Source: Heterodontus francisci
Lineage: Eukaryota
DNA: 64,000 bases
Assembly (NCBI RefSeq): GCF_036365525.1
Contig: NC_090380.1
Coordinates: 77,749,784 to 77,813,783, forward strand
Direction of reading: 5' to 3'
This document shows positions 12,565-23,640 of this stretch, piece after piece (positions within the stretch are counted from its first letter, which is position 1; each line of letters opens with the position of its first letter). A program made the position numbers and the translations under genes. The notes under the pieces were generated by a model. It saw only the letters and a program-made list of their open reading frames with translations, did not search any database and had not been told where the DNA came from.

Positions 12565-14309
12565 CTGTAATAAAAAGAAAGGAGGTCACAGTTTTATTAA
12601 TTCAGATTGATCAGTACTATTGGGTTCAGACACAAGGTGCAGCTTGCAAAAACATATTGTACAAGTCAAAGGTATCCTGTTCTATACACAGGTGGTTGGT
12701 GTGATCTTTGAGCAACATGAATAGCAGTTTTAGGGGATGAAGTCAGTACAAAGCCAAATGGGATTCCCGAGAGGAGGTAGTCTCATTCCATTTAACATGG
12801 AACATTGACACCAAATTTACACCCCAATGGGTTGAGTTTCTACTTGTTTCCGTTTGTTATATCAGTGCAATCCAGGAAGAATTGGCCAAAACAGCTCAAA
12901 AGATCAAGGAATTTTAAATGTGAGTTACACCCAAGACCATTCACACTCATAGTTCCCATGATCTTTTATACTGGTTCAAGATTAATTTCACCCAGATCAG
13001 ACCCCAACAACAAAAGTAGTCATGCCACCAGGGTAATATTGTGAGGTTCCACTGATTGTGCGGGAAGACTCTTCAAATGGTGTTCATTTCCTTAGGTGCA
13101 CTGGCATATTTTTAAAATATTTTCATATTATAAATGGATCAGTATAGTTTTCTTTTAAGTAATTTTCAGTGTTTTTAAATCACGTTACTCATAGGTGGAG
13201 GACTGGACACCCTTAGTAGAAATGCTTATTTTTGGTGATAAAACCCATTTTCCGCTGTATTAATAAAACAGCACCAGGTTAATGCTCTTAAATACATTAA
13301 GGAATACCTTTTAATGGAAAGAACAAAAAGAAACAATTACATTCTATTATGCTGCCAAATTTGGCAAGATTGATACTTCCCATTTGTCACACAGCTGTGA
13401 TTGCTTTACAAAAACACTGCTTCGTGGAAAATTTTACATTTGTGATAATGCAAATGGTTTTAGCAGAAACAAAAAGTGTGACATAACTAGTGCTATTTCA
13501 AGTGCATTTTGGCTGCAATTATTCTATTGTGGCCAAAGCAGACACTTCACCTTCACAAATTTAAGTTGACACAAAGGCAAAACCAGTTCGCACTGATGCG
13601 AACTACTACAATGTGAATGCACTACTAACTTTCAGCATACCACTCTCTCCACTAACATGGAAATCATGTTGCAGTAAGTGGTCTTCTAAAAGAAAAACTG
13701 GAGTTTTTTGTGCAGTTAATTTCAAACAGTAACATTTATGAAATTAATTTGATGCTATAACTCATATTTAATCCTTTCCCACCTCATAAGTCTTTAAGTG
13801 CCATGCACTTTTGGCAGCTGAGAAGACAAGCTAGGGACCCACTCACAAACATCCACTAATGCTGTTTTACAGCCAGCTGCAAGCAGGAGTGTGATAACAA
13901 GAGCTAACAGACTGATTTCTCTCTTTGGTAAAATTAGTGCCTCCCCATTATATCACAGCTGTAACTACATGAGGAAAATCAAAACCATGAATCCCTGAAA
14001 TGTCTTGAGTGCTGTTTGTGCTTTAACACAAAATACTGACAGAATCCTGAAGGAACACTGGTGAGAATGAATCAAGATTGTTTCACATGTTCAAGTAAGA
14101 CCCCCCACTAGCAGTGGTGCTGCCAGCAATGCACTAGTAGTTTTGTCATGTCTTCCAAATGCAAGGAAACTCTCTACCCAAAGGGTAGCCATAATTGCAC
14201 TGGTTGAGGTCTTGGAGATGACAGCAACTTCAAGAGATGGTCAATCAAGAGCTCCAAATTTCAACAGGTCATATAACCCAATCTGACTGATTCACCATAT
14301 TGAAGGTAT

Positions 14310-14660
14310 AATGATTATCTTACTGAAATAGTAATCCAGAGGCTTGGACTGATAATCTAAATGTCAGATCAAATCCCACCATGGCAATTTTTGAATTTGA
14401 ATTCAGTTTTTACAAACTTGGCAATAAAAAGCTGGTATCAATAAAAGTAACCATGAAGCTGTTGGAATGTTGTAAAAACCCAACTGGTTCATCAAGGTCC
14501 TTTCAGGAAGGATATCTCTTATTCCTACCCTGTCTGTCCTATATGTGACTCCAGTCCCGTACCAAACTTCCTTCTGAATTGGCCTAGCAAACCATTCAGT
14601 TGTTCAGGCCGAGCAATAAATGCTGGTCTTGTCAGCGGCATCCACATCCTGAAAAAGAAC
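14310..14660 (+). mobile_element. SacSINE1/DeuSINE-type SINE
   Basis: TAGTAATCCAGAGG head, AAAACCCAACTGGTTCA core, and tail GCAATAAATGCTGGTCTTGTCAGCGGCATCCACATCC shared with CR1-like LINE 3' ends elsewhere in the window. Confidence 0.75.
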
Positions 14661-14666
14661 AATAAT

Positions 14667-15330
14667 GGCTCGGATTTTGCAGACAGCAGAAAACGAGCAG
14701 CTGCCCACAGACTTTTCGTGAGATTCCGAGTGACCACGTATGGTCACTGGTTTACCGGGAATCTGGGACCTGTGTGAACAGGGCAAACAGCAGCATGTCT
14801 CTTCAGCCAATGAGATTGAAGAATCCTTACTGAGGTATGCAGAGTCTAAACCAGGAAGTGTGTTAGAATATTTAATTCAATGTAAAACGGTGTACAGAAA
14901 CCAAAATAGAGTGATAGAAAGATGGGATTAAGAGAGACAGAGAGAAAAAAATTCAAATTTTTGGAAATTCTCCAACAATAGTTAAAATCTGAAAGAATGA
15001 GACCCCATCCTTGTAATTTTCAATGCCAGAGAGTTTTCTTGGCAGTAATTAAGACTTACCACGCGATTAAAAATTCACTTACACTTGAATGGACAAAAAC
15101 TAACATTTTCTGGAGTGTTTTATGGGTATCTTGTGAATAAGTACTGCAACTTCACGCTCTTACATGTATTTCAATGCCGAGTCTATCAGTGAGGTACCGG
15201 TGTTGCACAGGTTGTGGGGAGCAGGGAAAATCAGACAGCAATTGGATTTTCACATTTTACTGTGCATGTCCGATTAACTCCATAATAATGCTGATGGCCT
15301 CACTGATATTCTTACCTCAAAATCTGGGCC
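14667..15330. mobile_element. Degenerate MITE-like element; related interior sequence at about 31300-31780 and 47145-47700
   Basis: Imperfect TIRs GGCTCGGATTTTG / CAAAATCTGGGCC. The interior motif AAATCTCCAACAA.AGTTAAA...CTGAA.GAATGAGAC recurs at about 47500. Confidence 0.5.
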
Positions 15331-15489
15331 CCTAATAAAATCCTATTCATTGTTCTTTCTGGCCAGCATCTTTATTATAGATTTTCCCTCAACAGTCTAA
15401 TATGCCTGAACCAATGATAGAACAAATTGTTCATAGCTCCTTCAAATGACATGAGCCCATTCTTTTTTTTCTTTCTTTTTCTTTTGGGC

Positions 15490-15917
15490 CTCCTTATCTC
15501 GAGAGACAATGGATACGCGCCTGGAGGTGGTCAGTGGTTTGTGAAGCAGCGCCTGGAGTGGCTATAAAGGCCAATTCTGGAGTGACAGGCTCTTCCACAG
15601 GTGCTGCAGAGAAATTTGTTTGTTGGGGCTGTTGCACAGTTGGCTCTCCCCTTGCGCCTCTGTCTTTTTTCCTGCCAACTACTAAGTCTCTTCGACTCGC
15701 CACAATTTAGCCCTGTCTTTATGGCTGCCCGCCAGCTCTGGCGAATGCTGGCAACTGACTCCCACGACTTGTGATCAATGTCACACGATTTCATGTCGCG
15801 TTTGCAGACGTCTTTATAACGGAGACATGGACGGCCGGTGGGTCTGATACCAGTGGCGAGCTTGCTGTACAATGTGTCTTTGGGGATCCTGCCATCTTCC
15901 ATGCGGCTCACATGGCC
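15490..15917 (-). mobile_element. RTE-clade LINE 3' fragment
   Basis: GHVSRMEDGRIPKDTLY...GRPCLRYKDVCKRDMK...CSTCGRACHSRIGLYSHSRRC, followed by a short UTR and an A-rich tail. Confidence 0.9.
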
Positions 15918-15974
15918 AATACAAAGCAAATTATCTATTATTGGAATGGTCCAAATGTATTATCAGCAATAATA

Positions 15975-16594
15975 TAAAAGCAAAATACTGCGGATGCTGG
16001 AAATCTGAAACAAAAATAAGAAATGCTGGATTCACTCAGCAGGTCTGGCAGCATCTGTGGAAAGAGAAGCAGAGTTAACGTTTCGGGTCAGTGACCCTTC
16101 TTCGGAACTGACAAATATTAGAAAAGTCACAGATTATAAACAAGTGAGGTGGGGGTTGGGCAAGAGATAACAAAGGAGAAGGTGCAGATTGGACCAGGCC
16201 ACATAGCTGACCAAAAGGTCACAGAGCAAAGGCAAACAATATGTTAATGGTGTTTTGAAAGACAAAGCATTAGTACAGATTAGGTGTGAATATACTGAAT
16301 ATAGAACATCAGCAAGTGCAAACCTGAAGAAAAACAACCTGAAAAAAACAGTGGGTAAGCAAACTGAACAAACTAAGATGAAATGAAATAAATGCAAAAA
16401 ATGTAGAAAGGAATGCAAAAAAAAGGAAGAAAAAATAACTAAAAATGACTAAAAATGAAAGTAAAGTGGGGGGTTGTCATGCTCTGAAATTATTGAACTC
16501 AATGTTCAGTCCGGCAGGCTGTAGTGTGCCTAATCGGTAGATGAGATGCTGTTCCTCGAGCTTGCGTTGATGTTCACTGGAACACTGCAGCAAT
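15975..16594 (-). mobile_element. Penelope-like element 3' terminal fragment
   Basis: Near-identical to 58162-58790. Encodes the C-terminus ...EHQRKLEEQHLIYRLGTLQPAGLNIEFNNFRA*. Confidence 0.85.
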
Positions 16595-17049
16595 GTTGTT
16601 TTTGCTTTGTTATCACTTGGTATGAATTAAACAAGCTGAGGGAATGCATGTGATCAACAGACGGAACTATCTGAATTCCATGAGTTGCTATTCCCAGATT
16701 TAGTAACAGTGCAATCAGGGATAGTTATTTATAAACTGGCAGTGGTAAAGATAAAAGAGGACTAAATGAAGGTCAACACACTGTCAATGTTTGCTTTGCT
16801 AATGAACAATTAACAAAGTGGGATCCTCAACTTTTCAGATGTTAATTGTTTGTTCATTGAATACTATTTTACTCTCTGGATAATTGTAATATTTATTTTC
16901 ATAGTATTTTGGTTTATGAGCATTACTTGCAGTTTCATTAATGCTGTGAGGTGATAAGATCAGCATCCTCTAGGCCTGAATTTGAGACTCCGCAGGGACA
17001 CTGAGGGAAACACAAGAGGAATAAACCTCTCAATAATATCAGCATTACA

Positions 17050-17765
17050 AGACTGAATTTGTGGAGCCAGCGGGGGTCCCGACCACGGGCCAGGAAGGCC
17101 AGCACCCCCCCCCCCCCCGGTGCAATTCAATGGCGCTCAGGCAATTTACTGCCTGGTGCCATGGTCCCCATCCCTTTAAGGATGTGGATCACACCTCCCA
17201 GAGCTGCCGACCAATCAGAGGGGCCCGCAGCTCAATAGTATCAGCAGTGCCACCAGGAGTGGTGGCCACTGAAGGTACTACACCAGGCTTGGGACCAGGC
17301 CCGGGACCCCAAGTAAATGAGGCAGGATCGCCTGAGCCAGTCCAGCAGGCCCCGGCAAGGGGGTGGGGGAGGGTGGTCTTTGAGGTCAGGAGGGGTATAG
17401 CAGAGGAGTGGCCTTTGTCATCGAGGGCCCCCCGTGGGCCACAGATTGACCATGCTGGAGGCCCCCTCACAACCCACAGGGAGGCTGCCTTGTTTTACTG
17501 GGCAACCTCCCCGCGTGGCAGAGGACCCCCGCCACTAGTGTAATTCCAGCGGTGATGGGAAGAGCCCCTTAAGTGGCTATTAATTGGCCACGTATGTGCC
17601 TCAATTGGCCTATGGGCGGGAAGGCCGTCTTCGGCCTTTACTGCCCCTGACTTACTTGCAGTGCGACGGGAAGGCGATGAGCCCTCCGCCCCCTGCCTTC
17701 CATTGCTATTCTATGATCCCCCCACCTCGCAGCCCGTCTCCCGGGGGCCCATTAAATTCCACCCA
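17050..17765. mobile_element. GC-rich MITE related to 10209-10960, opposite orientation; another relative at about 23700-24260
   Basis: Shares CCCTTAAGTGGC.ATTAATTG and CAGCAG.GCCACC.GGAG.GGTGGCCA motifs with the 10.2-kb element. TIRs are degenerate. Confidence 0.6.
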
Positions 17766-18469
17766 TCGTCTTTGAATAAATGACTTGCCATGACATATAG
17801 GGTTATGATATTGCAGTACATGCTAGGTTTGAGGTTGAGAAAGTACCTGAGTGTGTGAAAGATTAGGAAGAAGTACCAAAGGCTGCAATGATGGGAGCTG
17901 GGAGATTGCGACACCATCTTGCACATACATGCCAACCTGGTAAAGTGGCAAATGATGATATTTACAAATTTCTTTTCTGCTCAAAGATACACTCAGGTTC
18001 AGCACTATTGGTATTCTTGCAAATGACTCCACTTTCACTTCTCCAATCATCAGAAACACTTACATGAGAAACTACCGGATAGCAATCGTCCATTTTACAT
18101 TCAGTAAGTGAACATACAAAATAATAGTTATTGTAAAAATCACTTTTCTTCAATTGAATTCAGTCTCCCATGCTATAGTGAAAAAAAGCAAAGCATATCA
18201 CACTTTGTTAGTTACATACACAGAAAGAGGGCATCATAAACCCATATGCCCTCCTTGTTCCCATTTCCCTTTATTCCCCCTTTCCTAGCTAATCTGTTAT
18301 TAAATGTTGACATGCCTATTGAATTTACATGGGGGAGTGGTGATTGTCCACCATAATGCCAGCAGAAGATCCACGAAAACCTTGGAGAAATTACGTAAAT
18401 GACATTCCTTCCACTGAAGTTATGGCAGATGGAGAGAACATCCACAGAAATTCAACCCCGTGGTCTCTG

Positions 18470-18749
18470 CTTCAATCATTAACTGAAGAAGTGAATTCCA
18501 CAGCTGCAAAAATGTCTGTGTAAAAATATTTCTGCTGCTCCCTGTCATAAATCTCTTGCTTGCATTTAATCTTATATCTGTGTCCCCTTATTCTAAGCTC
18601 CACAATCACTAGAAATAGTCTGTTTCTATCTACTGCTTCACATCCCTTCATAATCTTAAACACCTCTGTTAAATTATCACATTGCCTCCTGTATTCTAAC
18701 AAAAGCAGTCTCAAATTTCACGTCTTTCTTCTTATTTGCATTTCCTTAT
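18470..18749 (-). mobile_element. CR1-like LINE 3' fragment, the target of the LTR element; continues at 22049-22090
   Basis: LEYRRQCDNLTEVFKIMKG...RIRGHRYKI. The sequence resumes after the LTR element (ACCAGGCAACGTTCTTGTGAGTCTG). Confidence 0.75.
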
Positions 18750-19010
18750 TGTTGTGTGATTGCCTTTAAGAGTAATGTACCTTTAAGATCTTAGTATGCT
18801 AATGAGCTAAATACCAGGACGTAGTCATGTGACTACATGCCAGTGCCACTCTAACTGTAAAACTAAGAGGCAAGACTTGCAAACAGATAGCATCTGTACT
18901 GTATATATTAGTTTGCTGTTTAATAAACCCTTCTGAGATCTTCAACCATCTGAACTCCAAGCATCTCATTTATGTTGCATCAGACAACATAAAAGAAGCT
19001 TTTCATTGCA
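18750..19010 (+). repeat. 5' LTR (261 bp)
   Basis: TGTTGTGTGATTGCC...CATTGCA. Direct repeat of 21782-22043; contains TATATA and AATAAA motifs. Confidence 0.93.
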
Positions 19011-19025
19011 TGGTGGCAGCTGTGG
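19011..19025 (+). other. Primer-binding site, tRNA-Leu(AAG/TAG)-like
   Basis: TGGTGGCAGCTGTGG matches the complement of the tRNA-Leu 3' end (TGGTGGCAGCGGTGG, recalled sequence) at 14/15 positions, immediately after the LTR CA. Confidence 0.75.
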
Positions 19026-19750
19026 TGAGAAAAAAAAATCCAAGTTTGAAGACCACAGGGAAACAGCTTTTAAAAATGACTTTCCTACAGCCACTGGAGA
19101 GAGAGAGTTCAAAACATACTGACTCAAACAAGAAAAACAGAAGAACTTACCTCAAGCTGGAGAAGACAGAGCGCTGACTGACAGGCTGCGAATCAATCAC
19201 TGTGATCCAGTGACTCAGTGTGCTGTCGGTAGAGAATTACCAGTTGAAAAAAAGAGAAGCCTTGAAGTCCTTAAAAGATTGATTTCTTTTTCTCTCAAAG
19301 GCTCCCTGAGAGAGTTAAAAATATGGGGAAGACCCAATTCTTTTCTTAGGCTGATTAAGTCCGCACCATTACAGGAGGCACCCAACAGCAAAAAAGCACA
19401 GGAATCCTCCATTCATGCAGCTCGCAGCTGGAGCTATAAATAGAAACAATTGAATCATTCCAATTCACTCAACTTGAGCTTTTAAAAAACTCATAAAACC
19501 ACGCAACCAGGAAGAATTGCCTGTTGAATGGCTATATAAATAAACTGCAAAAACGGCACTTGAAATACCTATTGCTTAGCTGTGTAAACAGAACAGGCTT
19601 TGTGCTGAAAGCTAGACAAACAGACAAGCTGCTGCTGTCAATCAAATCAGCCAAAAGAGTTTCTTAAAAGGGAAACCAGTACAGAGTCACAGAACCAGGT
19701 CTTAAAGCAAGTTCTTAAAGCAAGCTTTAAAGCACAAAAACAGCAGGAAC

Positions 19751-21180
19751 ATGGATACCAATTTTCCTAGTATGAACTGGAAAACCTTGGATATCCTATC
19801 CAACCAAGTAATCACAGAACAAGAAAAACAAGCTCTAAAAATATTAATAGCAATTAGAAATGAAGGATTGCACAGTATCAATATCTGGAATATCTGAACA
19901 GGACCAGAAAGATCTCTCAAAGATATGGAAAGTGCAGAAAAATCAGCTCCAATTCAGAGTGAATTTTCAAATGCATCACCTGGAATTGATGTCCTACAGG
20001 CAACAGCCATGGGAATCAATAGACTAGTTCATCAGCAGATGCTGAAGTAAGGGCAACTAATGCGATTTATCAGAAGCTGAGCTGTAAGACCGAATAATGG
20101 ATCGTGATCGTATCAACACCCATTGAAGCATTCCTGAAAGACCTCTTAGGGAAAAAGAAAGGTCACAGCATCAACCTACTGCTGGAAGATGGCAGGAAAT
20201 ATGAAGACATTGTAGCCAGACAACAGCACCTGCAAGCACCAGGTACAGCCAACAGTTTCGTCACTTTAACAAAGTCGAAAAGAGCAAGCAAGATGTGTGG
20301 TAAATGTGGTTGGTCCCATTCACAGCGAAGTTGCCCTGCATTTCGAGACCTGTGCAAGGCGTGCGATGTAAAAGAACACCGGGCCCGCCTATGCAGGAAT
20401 TCTGGCTCCAAAAACAAAGCCAGAAGTCATGGTTGGACGCAAACAAACAGAGAACACAGCAACAGCAGCAAGGAAAGCGCCAGAGACCAGCATAAACGCA
20501 AACCGATACACAAAGTCCACAGCAAAACAGTCCTCAGACAAGACTCAGGTAGGAGAAAGTCTCAGACGAGCAAGCATTCCACATTGTGAAGCTGACACAC
20601 CATATCGATGAAGTCCAACAAATGAAAGTTTTCACCACCATCAATATCACATGCCCAAAGAAAGCTGGCAAACAGACACTGAAGGTCAAGATGTACCAGA
20701 GTCATTGGAAGTCTATGATACAATCGACAACATAACAAAATTTGAGGAAAACTTTTTTCACCCAGAGGGTGGTTGGAATCTGGAACACACTACCTGAAGG
20801 GATGGTAGAGACAGAAACTCTCACAACATTTAAGAAGTATTAAGATGAGCACTTGAAACACCATAGCATACAAGGTTACAGTCCGAGTGCTGGAAAATGG
20901 GATTAGAATAGATAGGTGCCTGATGGCCAGCATGGACACGATGGGCCAAAGGGCCTGGTTCTGTGCTGTATAACTCTATGACTCTAACTGCCAGGTTATC
21001 TGCTTACAACGGGTCACCCATCCCTTTCAGTGGCACACTAACAATGCAATGCAGATATGGCAAGTCTGCATTTAAACCACAATTGTTCTACCTAGTAGAC
21101 GTGAGCAGACCAGCAGTGGCAGGACTACCAGCGTGTAAGGACCTCAACATCATCACCAACCACGAGAGCATTGCCAAGAG
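19751..21180 (+). pseudogene. Degenerate gag and aspartic-protease region of the LTR element
   Basis: Start MDTNFPSMNWK; double zinc knuckle CGKCGWSH...CPAFRDLCKACDVKEHRARLC; protease C-terminal half RLSAYNGSPIPFSGTLTMQC...FYLVDVSRPAVAGLPACKDLNII. The catalytic DTG segment after LKVK appears deleted. Confidence 0.85.
20732..20985 (+). mobile_element. CR1/HER1-type LINE 3' fragment inserted into the protease region
   Basis: TTTTTCACCCAGAGGGTGGTTGGAATCTGGAAC...CTGTGCTGTATAACTCTATGACTCT. Removing it restores QSTTARLSAYNG. Confidence 0.85.
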
Positions 21181-21184
21181 GAAA

Positions 21185-21681
21185 TCTCCAAGGACCGGAA
21201 CCCACTCGCTGACTCTGATGGAAACCCAGCAACAACACAACTATGCCGTGTCTTCACCTCAGTTCTCTAGAGAACCACCAGCACCACAATGAGCCAGAAT
21301 GGACAGGTACCTCCATGAGACCAAGTACTCTTTCCCCAACAAGTCCTCAACCATGAGCCCCAAGCCTTCAGACGCGGAGGATGAGGAGAGGCTAAAAACA
21401 CGCAATGCCCTGAAAGGCAGAGGAGGAATGAGTTGAAGCATTGTCAGTTGGCTCTTCGAGATGAGGTGCTGGAATTTTCCAAGAATGTCAAGGCCTCAAA
21501 GGTGGTCATCTTGAGAAAATCAACAGAGTATGTTAGCAGGCTGAAGGCAGAGCAAAGGAACCTGAGTGCAGAGAGGGAGAAACGTCAGAGAGAACAGCAA
21601 CAGATGAGACACAAAGTCCCTGAGCAAGAGTTATCAAACCACCAAGACCACCTTTGGACTTTTGAGCCTCTATTCTTGTAA
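21185..21681 (+). pseudogene. Myc-family C-terminal region (Myc box IV, NLS-like stretch, bHLH-leucine zipper) with one stop and one frameshift
   Basis: QQQHNYAVSSP...PPAPQ*ARMD...SPKPSDAEDEERLKTRNAL[1-nt deletion]ERQRRNELKHCQLALRDEVLEFSKNVKASKVVILRKSTEYVSRLKAEQRNLSAEREKRQREQQQMRHK. Collinear with the c-/N-Myc exon 3 product (HNYAAP, SDxED, LERQRRNxL, KAxKVVILKKATxY). Confidence 0.93.
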
Positions 21682-21781
21682 ATTTCATAATCTCTAGCCA
21701 TGTGTAAATAATTTTGATGTTATCTAATGTTATGTATTTTTACAGTTAACATACAAGTCTTACCTTTGGAAAGAAGGGGGA

Positions 21782-22043
21782 TGTTGTGTGATTGCCTTTA
21801 AGAGTAATGTACCTTTTAAGATCTTAGTATGCTAATGAGCTAAGTACCAGGACATAGTCATGTGACTACATGCCAGTCCCACTCTGTAACTGTAAAACCA
21901 AGAAGCAAGAACTGCAAATAGATAGCTCTGTACTGTATATATTAGTTAGCTGTTTAATAAACCTGTTTGAGATCTTCAACTATCTGTATTCCATGAATCT
22001 CATTTAGGTTGCATTAGACAACATAAAGAAGCTTCTCATTTCA
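21782..22043 (+). repeat. 3' LTR (262 bp), preceded by PPT 21768-21781
   Basis: Direct repeat of 18750-19010. Confidence 0.93.
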
Positions 22044-23154
22044 TTTATACCAGGCAACGTTCTTGTGAGTCTGTGCTGTACCCTTCCTCTGAGCTTAAGA
22101 TAGGAGAGATTTTTCCATGGGGTAGATTTTCTGTGGGGGTTCCTCGATCTCTTGCCATAACTTCGGTGGAGGATTGTTGGGAATCTGGGAAAATAGCGTA
22201 GATGGCCATTTATGCCATTTTCCTGGGATTTCTGCCAATCTTACAGCGGGAGATTGGGACAACCCCTACAAAAATTCCTGGCACAAGTTTAACTTCCCTT
22301 TTCTTCCCCAGTTGGATATTTGGCACTTTGACCTCTGTCCTGTCCATGGGCTGGTCAATAAGGCGACCAATTAAGCTGGCTACTAACCCTCCACCCTCAC
22401 TCACAGAGGCAAAGATTTGCTGGCAACTAACCACTGCTGGGCCCAAATGCAGTCTGTCTTCCCAATCTGATTCTAACATAGCTGCACAGAGTATAAAACT
22501 CTTGAAAGAGGCATTTGTTTCTCTCAAATTGTATAATGGATCTATTTTATGAGTATGAGGAGAATAAAAAATTAAGAGAGAAATACATTTCTGCAAGTTT
22601 AAATAAAAAGAAGTCAGGCTGTGCTGTATTAGCTTTAAGTTGGTTGTCACATTTGCTTTGGACATGGAAAAATTGACCATAGAGAAAGTTGAAACCAGTA
22701 AGTGGTAATACTTTTGTGGAAAGAAATAACATCCTATTAAAAATCCAATTACAAAGATTAGATCCAAAATGTTGCTTAGTGCATAGATGACTTTTTTGGT
22801 TTTATTTATACGTTAGATTTTGAATAGTGGCTTATGGCAAAAATAAAATGTGGAAAATGTAGTATGTGGATCTAATGGGTCAAAGGGAATACTGAAATAC
22901 TATTCAGCATGGGCTATCGGTATTTATGGAGGCCTTGCTTAGACTGTCTTAAGCACACTGATGCTCTGTAGATGATAATAGATTAAGAAAGAAGGATGGG
23001 TTCCATAGATGGGATAATCAGGAATATGGCATTAATGTGAAAAAATCACAGATCAAACCACCATAATGTAATAGACCTGTTGTGAAATCACCATTCTGTG
23101 TTTAGTTTCTGAGAATTCCAACTGTGGTAATAACATTTTAGAAACAAATTTTTT

Positions 23155-23640
23155 TTGGATGCCTGGATGGGTGCAGCTCCAACAACACTCAAGAAGCTTG
23201 ACACCATCCAAGACAAAGCAGCCCGCTTGATTGGCACCCCATCTGCAAACATTCCCTCCCTCCACCCCCGACGAACAGTGGCAGCAGTGTGTACCATCTA
23301 CAAGCAGCCACGCACCAAGGGTCCTTAGACAGCACCTTCCAAACCCGCGACCTCTACCACCTAGAAGGACAAGGGCAGCAAATGCATGGGAATACCACCA
23401 CCTGCAGGTTCACCTCCAAGTCACACACCATCCTGACTTGGAATTATATCGCCGTTCCTTCATCGTCACTGAGACAAAATCCTGGAACTCGCTTCCTAAC
23501 AGCATTGTGGGTGTACCTACCTCACATGGACTGCAGTGGTTCACAAAGGCAGTTCACCACCACCTTCTCAAGGGCAATTAGGGATGGGCAATAAATGCTG
23601 GCCTAGCCAGCGATGCCCACATCCCACGAATGAATAAAAA
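23155..23640 (+). mobile_element. CR1-like LINE 3' fragment
   Basis: AAPTTLKKLDTIQDKAARLI...WNSLPNSIVG, with tail GCAATAAATGCTGGCCTAGCCAGCGATGCCCACATCCC and an A-rich end. Confidence 0.85.

Larger units (their letters stand above)
18750..22043 (+). mobile_element. Non-autonomous Gypsy-like LTR retrotransposon carrying a captured Myc-family bHLH-LZ segment
   Basis: TG...CA LTRs at 18750-19010 and 21782-22043 (roughly 90% identical by eye). PBS TGGTGGCAGCTGTGG, PPT GGAAAGAAGGGGGA, 5-bp TSD cttat/tttat. Contains a gag zinc knuckle and the protease C-terminal part, but no RT, RNase H or integrase. Confidence 0.92.

Noticed and set aside
17061-17543. 160-aa Pro/Gly-rich ORF
   Set aside because: Lies within a GC-rich MITE-like repeat and has no transposase motifs.
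21185-21681. A functional host myc gene or exon
   Set aside because: It lies between LTRs with no recognisable upstream myc exons in the window, is fused to a protease remnant, and carries a stop and a frameshift.
22210-22767. 185-aa minus-strand ORF in the fbxo40 intron
   Set aside because: No recognisable motif or convincing splice context; it spans repeat-like and AT-rich sequence.
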